Source: Girardia tigrina (taxonomy: Eukaryota). Taken from it: 60,201 nt of DNA. The stretch's first letter is position 1. Each line of letters starts with the position of its first letter. Shown here piece after piece: positions 25,001-36,260 of this stretch. A program made the position numbers and the translations under genes. The stretch spans positions 2,910 to 63,110 of the forward strand of contig MQRK01228804.1 of assembly GCA_001938485.1 (NCBI GenBank), read 5' to 3'. Under the pieces are notes generated by a model. That model saw only the letters and a program-made list of their open reading frames with translations. It was not told the origin of the DNA and made no database searches.

Positions 25001-26088
25001 AAAAACCGGTTCCCAATTTAATTAAATAAAAATTTCGGCTCCAAAAAGTTCTGATTCCAAAAAAATTATAATCAATTAAAGAATTAGTTTTAATATGCAA
25101 AAATTTTAAAATTGAGCGCTCAATCGGAACTGTTGCCATTTTTCTGATATTTGTTGAATTAATTTTTAATAAATTAATTTATTTCTAAAACATTAAAAAA
25201 AATTTCAGTTAATATTTGATAATTTGTTTATTAATTATTTATAAATAATTGATTCATTTATTTATAAAACTTATTTGATTTCAATTTTCTATTAATATTT
25301 TTATTTTTCACTTTATATTTGATACTTGTTGACATTTTATGTTGGTTTTAGTATTAGATATTTTATTTGTGGAATAAAATATTTTAAGAAATAAATCAAT
25401 TAATAATTATTCAAATATGAGAAACAAATTTCTCAATAAAATTATTTTTTATAATTTAAAAATAATTAAAATATTTTTTCATAATTAAAATTCAATTAAA
25501 CAATAAATAAATTACCTCTTAACATAAAAAAATATTTAAATAATTATTAATTAATTTTATACTGGAAAAAGTTATTAAATAATTATTATTCTTCAAAATC
25601 GATCAATAAATTATCAATAAAATCAATAAAAAGTCAGCGGTAGCGCCAGTCGACCCGCAACTCACCTGGCCGTAATCGGACTTCTTCCTCGAGGCGCCTC
25701 ACTGCGCGAATCCATCGGCCCGTCCGAACTCGACGCAAATCTGATATCGTATCGGTTGCCACGGTAACTCTGTCCCTTTTCTCGGTCGATGGCCTTGCGC
25801 GCGTCATTCTCTCGGTCGAATTGAACGAGGATATATCGATCGAAAAACGCCACGTCTAAAATACACACACATAAAAACACATTTATCGATTATCGATCTC
25901 TTTTTTTTACCCAAAACTTTTCCGTATTTGTTCATCCATTCGTACACCTCGCGATGCGTGAAATTCTTCACATTCGTGTTGCCGATAAACACTCGCGACG
26001 AAACACTATTAATTTCCGATGAGACTCGCGATCGGCGCGGCTCATCGCGCCCGTAATCCATGTCTCTCATTCGACTACTGCGACTCAT
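12494..26088 (-). CDS. NCOA5: Nuclear receptor coactivator 5 / Neosin-like protein, 7 exons: 26088-25911, 25855-25666, 19662-19568, 16457-16388, 16335-16004, 13663-13379, 13086-12494 (580 aa)
   Basis: All six introns are GT-AG, phases (1,2,1,2,1,1) join without stops, CDS 1743 nt. RRM (RVFIGN ... YILVQF), RDRSPI repeat region, NCOA5 core (YAETIE..., [51 protein letters not shown]), and [11 protein letters not shown] in a Q/N/P-rich tail. Confidence 0.92.
13379..13663 (-). CDS. NCOA5: NCOA5 exon 6
   Basis: Acceptor TTTTCCAG; [21 protein letters not shown]...[13 protein letters not shown]; donor GTACGT. Confidence 0.9.
14798..14976. mobile_element. Short hAT-type MITE in NCOA5 intron 5
   Basis: TIRs taggtcccatgatttaccgcg / cgcggtaaatcgtgtgaccta; flanks gcgataat and gtaataat (6/8 match, likely 8-bp TSD). 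Confidence 0.7.
16004..16335 (-). CDS. NCOA5: NCOA5 exon 5 (conserved core)
   Basis: Acceptor CTTTCCAG; QDYPII...DAAIIV...YAETIE...LRILYGTPQ; donor GTAATC. Confidence 0.9.
16388..16457 (-). CDS. NCOA5: NCOA5 exon 4 (RS-rich)
   Basis: Acceptor TTTAG; [24 protein letters not shown]; donor GTCTGT followed by a 52-bp intron. Confidence 0.8.
17189..17259. mobile_element. 71-bp piggyBac-type mini-MITE
   Basis: TTAA-ccctttgaacgcgt...acgcgttcaaatgg-TTAA. Confidence 0.7.
17436..17656. mobile_element. Tc1/mariner/pogo-type MITE
   Basis: TIRs ta-ccgtattttcacgcatataaccc / gggttatatacgtgaaaatccgt-ta. Confidence 0.72.
18530..18723 (+). mobile_element. RTE-clade LINE 3' end fragment
   Basis: [32 protein letters not shown]...[11 protein letters not shown], the typical RTE C-terminus. 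Confidence 0.8.
19568..19662 (-). CDS. NCOA5: NCOA5 exon 3 (RS/RD-rich; absent from the ORF track)
   Basis: Acceptor TTTTTCCAG; [31 protein letters not shown]; donor GTATTG; supplies the phase 2 to phase 1 link. Confidence 0.85.
19843..20900 (+). mobile_element. hAT-family transposase remnant in NCOA5 intron 2
   Basis: [14 protein letters not shown] (C.AH.LH), [14 protein letters not shown] (TRW.TW), degenerate ER.FS near 20745; TAGGG-type terminus at 19843. Confidence 0.75.
20985..21550. mobile_element. AT-rich foldback/MITE with ~110-bp degenerate inverted arms
   Basis: ttgagtgttgttccgtacaggcccaagc...atgacaatatgtaaaatattatcagtat matches the reverse complement of ataccgataataatttacatactgtcat...gagtccggacgaaactacacccc. 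Confidence 0.65.
22742..22956. mobile_element. Young Tc1/mariner MITE (215 bp)
   Basis: Perfect 49-bp TIRs starting cagggtgtcccaaaaatatgtatacac; TA on both sides. Confidence 0.92.
23079..23532 (+). pseudogene. Unrecognised ~150-codon reading frame with three in-frame stops
   Basis: GC-enriched island; a single frame runs from ATG 23079 to TAA 23532 interrupted by TAA, TGA, TGA with no frameshift needed. Confidence 0.5.
24238..24547. repeat. Near-perfect long AT-rich palindrome (~150-bp arms, ~11-nt loop)
   Basis: Arms are reverse complements with about 2-3 differences plus one N; loop at ~24388-24398. Confidence 0.92.
25666..25855 (-). CDS. NCOA5: NCOA5 exon 2 (second half of RRM)
   Basis: Acceptor TTTTAG after a 55-bp intron; [14 protein letters not shown]...RGRSPITA; donor GTGAGT. 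Confidence 0.88.
25911..26088 (-). CDS. NCOA5: NCOA5 exon 1 (ATG, first half of RRM)
   Basis: MSRSSRMRD...[10 protein letters not shown]...YGKVL; donor GTAAAA at 25910. Confidence 0.88.
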
Positions 26089-27629
26089 TTCTTTCGTTTG
26101 GTGTGTGTGAAAGAAATGGAATTAAATGTAATTGAATTGGTGAAAAAAAAAGGTATTGCGGTTTTTTTCTGGTGATTTAATGAACAATCAAAAAAGAAAT
26201 TAATGTATTGCGATATCAATAATATGTCGGCTTAATGTTGCAATTGGTTCAGTAAAACAAATTCAAATTGAAACAAATTTTAATTGGAAATTTAAAAAAG
26301 ATTAATGAATTTAATTATTAATATTATTTTGGGTTTATTAGTAAAATTGTGGAAATATTTATTACGAAAAATAGTTTTTTTTGATTACACATTTTGTTAT
26401 TTTGGAAATAATGTAAATTTTTGAAATTTTGCAATTTTTTTTGTAAAGATTTTTGTTTTGAGAATCTTTATATTGGACTGATTTTTTGATAATAATGTAT
26501 CGTCTTTGTACTTTGTAAATAAATATTTTTTGTTGATGTAAAATTCATTAGTAGAAAAGAACGTAAATAAGTTAACTCATGATTCGAATTTCATTTTTTT
26601 ATTTAATTTCTAACAAATATACTAAGACTGTTTATAAAAAGACAATTTAACCAATTAGTCATGCGATAAGGAGGAAAGTATCAAAAAAAGGTAAAATTAA
26701 GAAAATTGTTACTTTGTAGTGTTTAAGATATAAACAATGAGTCTATGCAAAAATTGAATTTCTCTCAAGTTCACAAGGCTTTTTAGGGATCCGTCCTAAA
26801 AATAATGCTAGGGATTACAAGGGCCAAATCATCGACAGTAATCGTCCACATGTGATATTTATTATACATAGATAATAAGAAACCATAATGTATGAGTGGC
26901 CCGTCAGAGCCTCGATTTACCCTGAGAACAGGGTGGTGGTAACAGTAGTGCGCAAGGATCTTATGACAATGATCTCAGAATCAGTGTGCTTGGTCCATAT
27001 TTTTAATATCAATTGAGAGAAAATATGAAGAAAAAAGAAAATGAATCGTCTTTGAAAATCATGAGTAAAATATCGAAAAATCTGTCACCACTCAAGTTGA
27101 TATTGATAATTCACGCATGTGACTTTTGAACATCGTCATTGTTTCAGTAGACAGTTTTTTACTGAAATCATAGCAGAACTATTCAAAGAATCAAATGATG
27201 TTCTTTTAATATTTCCGTCAAACTACTTGATGATCTGAAAAACAGACATTTGATCTGAGAAACAGTTGGGTCAGATAATTGAGCGCCGAACACCAAACAA
27301 ATCCTTCTGATTTCTGTGTTCAAATCAAATTCAAATTAAGTACCCAACATAATATAATTTATACATAATATTTCTTTTTTTACAGTTCAGTTTTTTTTCT
27401 GCGTTTTTTGAATTTTCCTCATCGGTAACGTTTTTTTTGTTAATTAACATTTTTACGCTGTATAGAGAACATACTATAACCAACCAACTAGCTCAAAAAT
27501 AGTTTGTCGAATTCAAAGGTTTAAAAGGTTTGATATTCATGATGCATCAACCGATTAACCAAATTATTATATTTCAACCGATTAACCGAAATCGAGAAGG
27601 AAAACGGTAAGTGGTCTAGAACTTGCAGT

Positions 27630-27800
27630 CTAATCTAATTTCCACGTTTTACTTAACTGGCTTTGGGTTCTGTCTGTCTTTCTGTTTGTTTGTGATGTTT
27701 CACTTTTCACACGCTTTTTTAGACCACTTCCACTCATCCGATCGTTCTGAAATTTTTTGTGTAGGCTTATTCTGCCTGACATTTTGAGATTTTAGCATCT
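27630..27800 (+). mobile_element. Non-autonomous Helitron/Helentron-like (DINE/HINE-type) fragment
   Basis: ctgtctgtct/tgtttgtttgt microsatellite followed by ccgatcgttctgaaatttt core. Confidence 0.5.
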
Positions 27801-27944
27801 CTGCATCTCAATAATGCTCTAATAAATTCAAATTAATTAATTTTATATGGACTAAATTAAAATATAAATTTTATAAATTATAAAATTAAATCTTGGTATA
27901 CTACTTATAATAATAAATAGTATAATAATACTACTAAAAAATAA

Positions 27945-28322
27945 GAAAATAATAATAAATAAAAAAGTTTTAAAAACCACGTTTTCATATGGACTAAAAA
28001 GAGGAAAATAATTTTTTCTAGACATGTGAGAAATTTNNNNNNNNNNNNNNNNNNNNNNNNNNNNNNNNNNNNNNNNNNNNNNNNNNNNNNNNNNNNNNNN
28101 NNNNNNNNNNNNNNNNNNNNNNNNNNNNNNNNNNNNNNNNNNNNNNNNNNNNNNNNNNNNNNNNNNNNNNNNNNNNNNNNNNNNNNNNNNNNNNNNNNNN
28201 NNNNNNCCCCACGTTTTTGGTTAGGTATAAAATTTCTCACATGTCTAGAAAAAAATTATTTTCCTCTTTTTAGTCCATATGAAAACGTGGTTTTTAAAAC
28301 TTTTTTATTTATTATTATTTTT
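27945..28322. repeat. Inverted repeat (~90-bp arms) flanking an assembly gap; likely a MITE
   Basis: aaaaccacgttttcatatggactaaaaagagg...gacatgtgagaaattt before the gap and its reverse complement after it. Confidence 0.8.
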
Positions 28323-28714
28323 AATGTATTATGTATTATAGTGAAAAACATTTAGCTCGAAATAAATATCATTTCGTGTTAAGTGTTTTTCATTGTATAT
28401 AATTTTTTAATAGTTTGAAAACAATAATTCTTTGGGATATATGTACGTATTTGTAAGCGTTCTTTATCTGCTATAATCTTTCAAATTTGTATCAAATGAG
28501 TATAAGTGAGTCAAACAAATAATTATCATAACATATAATAATTACACTGTTTAATTAACCTTTATCATACGAATGTTTAATATAATAACAACTGTTTGTA
28601 GTCGTTGTTTGCCGAATTATCTATGTAATTAATTGGATTAATTCTAATTTGCTTGAATAATATAGTTTTTTTGTAAAGCAAAAAAATCATCTTATTTTAC
28701 AAGCTATCGCGGCT

Positions 28715-29284
28715 ATGAAAGCAATCAGTAATTTAAAGAAATTTGATGGTGGGGAGGACTTCGAACGTTGGATTGACAGATCCAAGTTTGCCATCGAGGT
28801 AGACGGGCTAATGGAAAAAGAAGTCTCGTGCTTGATCACGCTGTTGGATGGTCCGGCATGCGACACGTGGAAGGGCTTATCGCCGGATCAACAGAGAAAT
28901 GCAAAGGAAATCAAAAGTGAATTGCACCGAGTGTTTGGTTTGGGGAGATTTGACTCATGGCTGTTGCTTGGTCAAAAGAAGATTCTCCCGTTTGACAGAT
29001 TAGACGTGTCGGCGTCTGAGATCAATCATTTGATACGGACCGTCGTTGGGGACCAGGATTCGTTCGATGCGTTTTGTGCAATGAAATTTATTCACAGTTT
29101 ACCGGATCAATTAAAAAGAGAGGTGCAGCCAAGATTGAACGTCGAATTCACGTTCAAGAGTGTTGTGAACTTGGTCAAAAAGATATCACCTCATCAACAT
29201 CATCAAGAAGTGATTGCCGCGACCAACAGTAAATTTCGATGTTTTGGTTGTAATCGACTTGGACACACGCAGAAGACGTGTTGA
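28715..29284 (+). pseudogene. Gypsy Gag ORF (premature stop between the two zinc knuckles)
   Basis: KFDGGEDFERW...LLDGPA; CCHC motif; the frame continues past TGA 29284 into a second knuckle. Confidence 0.8.
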
Positions 29285-29771
29285 GTTAAATGCTTTAAAT
29301 GGGGAGAAGTCGGACATATAAAAGAAAACTGTAACATGTCGGGAAAAGACAGAGGGGAGGGCGTCACGAATTGATTTTGAAGCTCAATTTGACGGAAGGT
29401 ATTGGAGTACATGATGGAGATTTGTCAATGATCATCCGGTTGGGAGTACCTCATGTGTCAATTATGATATTCCCAATGAAGATAAAGAGCCATTTCGAGA
29501 TGAAGTGAAGAAGTGGAAAGTGAAGGTGTTCTGATAAAGTAGGATGAAAAGCGATACGGGATGATTCGTAACAAGATACCGTTGATGAGAGTACAGCAAG
29601 TCAAAGGCAAAACGACACGAATACGACCGGTATTAGACTACAGTTTACTGAACGAACAAGTTCATAGCTATCTGGGCAGTAGTTATGCTAGTTGCTAGTC
29701 ACGATTACGAGAGTGGAGAAAATTGGGACCCAACTGCGGTATAATAGATTTAAAAAAGCCTTACCTACAAG

Positions 29772-31780
29772 CATACTTAATACACAGTACCCAGTGACCC
29801 AGTACTTACCGACTATCAGTTCCAAAATTTGTAAAAATGACTGACCCAGTACTGACCCGGTTTATGAATTTTTTTGGGTAATTTTTTACTGGGTCACAAC
29901 TGAGTCACAAATTAGTACTATTTAAAAAAATATATCGAGAAATTAATAAAAAATAAAAAAATAAACAAAGAAAAACAAAATTAAATAGATTAAAATGAAA
30001 ATGTTTTTTTCATCTGTTTTAAGTTTCTTTTACAATTTCAAAGATAATTGAAAGTAATTTTCTCTTTTTCCATTTTTTGTTTAAATATAACATCAAAAAT
30101 TTTGATTCAAAATGAAACGTGGTCCGAAAAGACAAGCCCCTTTCTGGGAATACTTTTAAGAAACAGAAAGAGATGGCTTTGATGGATATTAATGCAAAAT
30201 TAATCCTTGCAACTACTTTAACAAAGGTCGAAATGTCACAACATTAAAACGACATTTGTCAAGCTGCCAGAGCGATGTTCATGAGGACCTGCAATCAAAA
30301 ACTGTGTAAATTTCTGAACCAATAGTTTTAAAATACCCTTCCAATGTTCAAACATTTAAATTTCGATCTCTTATCGCAGAACTTTTCCTCCACACTCAAA
30401 TTAGTGAAAACATTATTGAATCCAAGGTATTTCGAAAATTATTAATACATCTCAATCCAAAATATGAAGAATCGATTCCTTTTTACAGTGATCTGAATCA
30501 GCTTCTTCAAGATGAATTTCTCAAAATGAAGGTAAAAGCCAAATAATTGATTAAATCAGGTAAAATCTCAATTGCAGTCGACATATAGTCCAAGAAAAAC
30601 TATTTGGAATCTTTCCTTGGTATTACCATTCAAATTCCATATAGTTCCTGTGTTAGAAACATTGCTCTCGACCTTAAAAAAATTTCTCAACCCCATACAA
30701 CAGAGAAAATTCTGTTTTGCTCTTCCAAAATCCTCGCCTCATGGAATATTGACTACTCCAATATTTCAAGAATCACAACTGATGAAGGTGCAAATATTGT
30801 AAAGGCATTTTCAAATAGTCTTTTGATGACAAAATCAATTGCAAAGGTCACAAAAATTTTCAATAATATTGACAATGAAGAGCACGTTGATTCAGAGGAA
30901 GAGTCTACTTCAGACATAGAAAGTGATATTATTTCATCCGAGAATGAAAGTGATTATTCAATCATGAATTGAATCATTATGAATATATCGAATCAAAAAG
31001 AATCTCATGTGTAGCTCATATTTTGAATTCCTCATTGAAGCATATTTTGGACAGATCATCAGTTATCAAAATCAAACAATCTGTCACTGAATTGATCAAA
31101 AAATTACAATGTAATGTAAAAAAACTGGATTTTTGAATAATATTTCTGATAGAAAACTAGTCAAAGTTGCAGCAACTAGATGGAATTCTTTGTATCTTGC
31201 TTGCCACAGAATTGTTGAAATGAGATCTAAATTGTTATTGCTTGTGACGTCTTTAATATGAAAATCGGATTTGGTTGGAATCAACTTCTTGCTCTAGAGA
31301 ATTTTTTGAAACCATTTTTTGATGCAACAAATGTCTTTCAAGGAGATGGCAATCAAATCAGCAGAGTTATCGCCCCATTGCTGGACATTAAACTTTTTGT
31401 TAAATGTTAAAGTAATAGAATTTTGGACACAAAACAAGGACAAATACACAAATATTTGGAGAGATGTGACAGAGTATTTGTCCATACAAGGAACATCGGC
31501 TTCGGTTGAAAGAATGTTTTCTATTTCTTGCTATTTGTCAAGTGATAGAAAGTCAAAAATAAGCTTTGAAAAGCTTTGAATTCGAAATCTTTGTTCTTAT
31601 AATAAAAATATTTGATTATGTCTCTTATATAATTTTTTTAATTAATCTTTTCTATTAAAATTATTTCTTAGAATATTCATTGACCCAGTTATGACATAGT
31701 ACTGACCCAGAAATAATTTTTTTTGGCAAAAATGACCCAGTAATGACTTTTAAAAAAATCTTAACTGGGTACCAAGTATG
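29772..31780 (+). mobile_element. hAT transposon (BED finger, decayed transposase ~30112-31615) inserted in the Gypsy RT
   Basis: Perfect 8-bp TSD cctacaag (29764-29771, 31781-31788); TIRs catactt...cagt / actgggtaccaagtatg; tgacccag subterminal repeats; motifs FWEYF, SFLGIT, ITTDEGANI, SCVAHILN, TRWNS, TSASVERMFS. Confidence 0.95.
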
Positions 31781-33574
31781 CCTACAAGTAACGGTGGCTC
31801 CAGATTTGTGGAAATATCAGGCGGTTATTAATATATGGAATGGCGAAATCTCTGTGATGACCAGGTTAGGGTTTGGTCTATCCTTTGCGCCAAGACTGAT
31901 GTCAAGGATAGCTGAAACTATAATCAAGGAAGAGCAGACGATAACTGCTTCTGGGTATATTGATGACGTATCCATTGCGGAAATTTCTTGTAATACAGAG
32001 GATGTCGTAGGAATTTTTCGTCGGTTTGGGTTGGAGTCTAAACTCATAGAACGGATTGACTTAGATAAAGATGTCAGGGTGCTTGGACTGAATGTAAAAA
32101 GCAATTTTCAGTGGGGAAGAGACCAAGAGCTCGTAACTAGGAAGCTTTAGATTCCAACGAGAACAGAAGTACATGGAATTTTGGGGGAGTGGATAGGCCA
32201 TGTATGAGTTGCAGGATAGTTACGAGTTACTTGTGCCTACATTCAGAGATTATCCGCAAAATAAAAGATAGACTGGAATGAATTAGTGCCAAATTAGATC
32301 ATAGAGAAAGTTAATGAAATCTGTCAAAGGCTGAGGATGGATGGAGATCCAGCAACAGGCAAGTGGGTGGTAAATTGCAATAATAATGTTGTCATTTGGA
32401 CAGATACAAGTAGTATAGCAATGAGCGTAATACTATGTGTTAACGGTGATATCGTTGAAGACGCTGCTTGGTTAAGGAAAGAAGACGATACAAGCTCTAA
32501 CATGAGTGAACTGGATGCGGCCATAATTGGAAAAAAAACTTGGCAATAACCTGGGACTTTCATAAGTTCAAGCTGATGACGGACTCAGAAACAGTGTATT
32601 GATGGCTCATGGTAGTATTCAAGAATACACACAACCCAAGAACCCGCAGATTATCTGAACATTTGGTACGCTGAAGACTCGATATTATGAGAGAGTAGAA
32701 AGATCAAGAAAAACTGGAAGTGGAACTGGAATTGGTGAAATCTCAATTGAATATGGCATATTGTTTTTAGCAGGGTTCCAAAACAATGGCTGGGAGTAAC
32801 AAATGACCATAAATCCATCAAAAAGATCCTATCTCGAATATTCAAAAAATCATTCTCAAATTAAATCCGTACACTCAGAAGTTGTATCTCATATGATTAA
32901 ACTAGTTCATTGTAATAAAGAGTCGAGTGAAATGATGATATGAATTTCGAATGTTTTGGGAGTATAATTTATCAAAGAAATTCCTTGATGAAAAACATCA
33001 AATAATGGATTTATCCGAAAAGCTGAAAATCCCAGTTATTGTTCAAACCAAAATCAAATCATCAAGACTGATGGAAAAATTTACTCATTAATTTTCTTTT
33101 GATTTCGATGGAAATATTGAACTATTAAAAAATAATAAATTGTGAATATTTTAATTTGTTCGATATAGTGTAAAAGCATTTTTGAGTGTTAATATTTAGC
33201 CATTAAAAAAAAATTAATCATTAAAAAATGAATAAACAAATCATAGAGTTTTAATTGAAATAACTGTTAATAATCATGCCAAAAATTTTTTTGGTGTATA
33301 AGCTTTTATAATTTGTCATATGTTTGCGGTTCTGTCTCTATTTCATCCACTTCCATCATTAAAAGACTTGGATTGTAGTGATCTGTAATGATTTGTTGTA
33401 CATAAATATATTCAACTGAATAATTTTCCTCACAAAAACCAAAGATGAGAAAGTTCATAGAAGTGTGATTTAAATCTGAAACAAGAAAGAGAGTTTTTAT
33501 TAAAACTTGGTCTCAATTGTCTTTAAGAACACTTACTTTTCAAGAAAATATAAGAGAATTATGAGAGAAAAAAA

Positions 33575-33725
33575 AGTGAAAAAGTGTATTGTCATCTAGA
33601 ATACATCAGTCCTGAAAGTTTCATGTCGCTAGGTAAACGGGAAGTGGATGAATTTTCGACCGCAAGATTTGATGTATCCAGACAGACAAACAAACAAATG
33701 AAACGTAATAAAAGGTTGTAAAAAA
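33575..33725 (-). mobile_element. Helentron/DINE-like non-autonomous fragment
   Basis: Minus strand begins ttttacaaccttttattacgtttcatttgtttgtttgtctgtctg, then a tgaaacttt core. Confidence 0.55.
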
Positions 33726-34086
33726 TGATGAATTTTAGTGTAAATTGAAAACAAAAAATTATTGTAAAAATTTTATTTTCGATTTTTATTCAATTTGTTT
33801 TACCGAATCAATAAAAGCATTTTGTAAATGAAAAAGATTGTACAATTTTAAATAATAATAAAAATAATAATACGTGATTGAATATCGTTCTGATTTGATT
33901 ACTTCATCGTTTGATACAATTCAGTTGAAAAGATAGGAAAAAAGAGATTTCAATTCTATAATGGAGGATTCAATCATTGAAATTTCATCCACCATCAATT
34001 ACAAGGATTTTTTAAAAACATTAATAATTATCGTGACCAAAATAATTCAATGATATGTTTGCATGTTTCGAAAATTCTCAAAATAT

Positions 34087-35364
34087 TGGGTTGGCCAAAA
34101 TGTCATTGCGTTTTTTACTAAAATATTTATAATCAAAAAATGACATGGATGCACAAATATTTTTACACGATATACTGTCCATTATTTTCAATCACTTTCT
34201 TCCACCTTTCCGGTAGCTTTATTATTCCTGATTCATAAAAACCTTTGGCTTTGTCAGCAAAAAAGCCGTCTAGGAACGATTTGATGTCATCATCACTGGC
34301 GAATGTTTTTCTGTTTAAGGAATTCTGCAGTGATCTAAATAAGTGAAAATCCGATGGGGCCAAATCTGAAGAATATGGTGGGTGCGTCCAAACCTCCCAA
34401 CCCTGTGATAAGAGTTTCTGGTGAGTGGTCAAACTTGTATGCGGTCTTGCGTTATCATGCTGAATTACAACTCCTTTTCGATTTGCCAATTCAGGACGTT
34501 CCTGTTGAATTGAATGAACAAATTTCTCCAGCTGACCACAATATCTGTCTGAACTGATGGTTTCATTCCTCGGAAGGAGTTCAAAAAACACAATTCCTTT
34601 AATATCCCACCAGACGAAAAGCATAACCCTCTTTTAGTGAATTTCTGCTTTTGGGATCGTTTTGACAGGCTCACCACGTTTTGTCCATGATCGTCGGCAT
34701 TTCACATTGTTGTAAACAATCCATTTTTCGTCACTCGTAATCAAGCGCTTCAAAAATGAATCACTTTGTTCTCGCTTCAAAAGGGAATCGCAAATGTCTA
34801 TACGTTTTACCAAATGAATTTCTTTCAGTTCATGTGGTAACCACATATCGAGTTTACTGACGAATTCAAGTTTCTTTAAATGACTTCCAACACTTGATTT
34901 TAATATTTCCAGAGTCTCTGCAACTTTTCTTGTCGTCATATGTGGATTAGGTTTGATCAGTGCTGTTATTTTGTCGCCATCAACTTCAACTGGTCGACCG
35001 GAGCGTGGTGCATCTTTAAGATGAATTTTTTCAGAACGAAATTTAGAAAACCAGTATTGACACTGTCGTTTTAATGAGTCACTACCATATACAAAACATA
35101 TCTTCTTATGAGCTTGCACAGTGGTTTTCCCTTTGTGAAAATAATGAAACAAATATGACGAATATGCTCCTTTTGATTTTCCATTTCGAATTGACGGTAA
35201 AGTAATAAATTAAAAAAAAATCAATTAATATTTTGTATAAACATAGTCTAAAAATTAAGGTTTCAGAATATATAATTGAATTTAAATTTTATCACATCGT
35301 TTTATATTTTCAAGATTTTAATTAGGACGTACTCAAAAACGCAATGACTTTTTGGCAAACCCAA
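34087..35364 (-). mobile_element. Full-length mariner (DD34D) element, inactivated transposase 35184-34163
   Basis: TIRs ttgggttggccaaaatgtcattgcg / cgcaatgactttttggcaaacccaa with TA TSD, 1278 bp; WLPHEL, TSDEKW, HDNARPH, YSSDLAPSD; frameshift near 35150 and stop at 34634-34636. Confidence 0.96.
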
Positions 35365-35699
35365 TATTAATGATTTTGGTAACGAAAAAATTCAGTGAAA
35401 ATCGATTTGTTGATCTCCAATGATACTCGGGCTCTCTGTGTGAGTAAACATTGTGAAGAGTCTAAAATTGAAATAAATAAAACTATCAATTCAATAAATG
35501 CTTATTCGTGATTGTTATGTGTCGTCTTGAAAACCTACAAGAGATTGCCGATTTGGAGTGATAAAATGATCGAGTGGTATAATGGTAAAGGGCAGTGTGA
35601 ACGGCCGCCGCGTGTTTGCAAAATCATCACCGCGGCACTGGACTGGCTCAAATAGTCTAGTAACCGGTTGCACGATCGAGTCAGTTTGGATTGTTCTTG

Positions 35700-36260
35700 G
35701 CCGGGATCTCCGACGTTTTGTAGACACCACTACATTGACTGGACATCCTTTCTTCGATCGCTCTGATGTCCTTCCGGTTACAAGTTGAACCCGATTTCAT
35801 CAATGTACATATATTGATTTATCCGCCAACCTTCTTTTAGAAACCGATTGGTGTACTGATATCGAATCTCTTTAACGCGGTCGGAATTCCTTTCCTGAAC
35901 CGTTCCTCGGATATTCTTAATCGTTATTAGCTGCCCAGTCAGGAATCAGGATATAGTTGACTTCGAAATATTGATATGCTTACTATCCTGCACATATATT
36001 TTCATTTCGGTCAACGTGGATTAGTGTTTCTCCTCAATGAATTGAATAATGAAATCCCCGATTTCATTATTAATTTCTTGTATTCTCCCCGCTTTCTGGT
36101 TGAAATTATCCCATAATTGAGGTACTTGTAATTTATTGTTTTTGCTGTACCATCTGAAATATCCAGTTGTCTGACTAAAGTCAGATAATCCTCTGACTTA
36201 TTGAAGGCTCTAATAAACTCTAATATCTTCGGATAAACTGATAAAAAAATAATTATTATT
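35700..36260 (-). mobile_element. IS630/Tc1-like transposase remnant (HTH to first catalytic Asp)
   Basis: RQLDISDGTAKTI, STLTEMK...ISKSTIS.FL..QLITIK...ERNSDRVKEIRYQY...YMYIDEIGFNL. Confidence 0.75.

Larger units (their letters stand above)
22091..25058. mobile_element. ~3-kb element with ~90-bp degenerate TIRs and GG/CC ends (possibly MULE-type), containing nested elements
   Basis: aaattggcaaccggtctttttggcgcagaatttttttgaa (22146-22184) is the inverse of ttcaaaaaaatctgcgccaaaaaaaccggttcccaattt (24981-25019); ctttttggtgctgaatttt likewise pairs with aaatttcggctccaaaaag. Confidence 0.65.
28597..32810 (+). mobile_element. Ty3/Gypsy LTR retrotransposon, decayed, 3'-truncated, interrupted by a hAT
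   Basis: Putative 5' LTR TG..CA at 28597-28701; gag from 28715 with two CCHC knuckles (CFGCNRLGHTQKTC, CFKWGEVGHIKENC); RT IRPVLDY...IDLKKAYLQ then VTV...RLGFGLSFAP...YIDD; RNase H WTDTSS...VEDAAWLR...ELDA; no integrase. Confidence 0.9.

Noticed and set aside
27905-28355. ORFs spanning N runs (also 5519-5863, 37198-37557)
   Set aside because: Artefacts of translating through assembly gaps.
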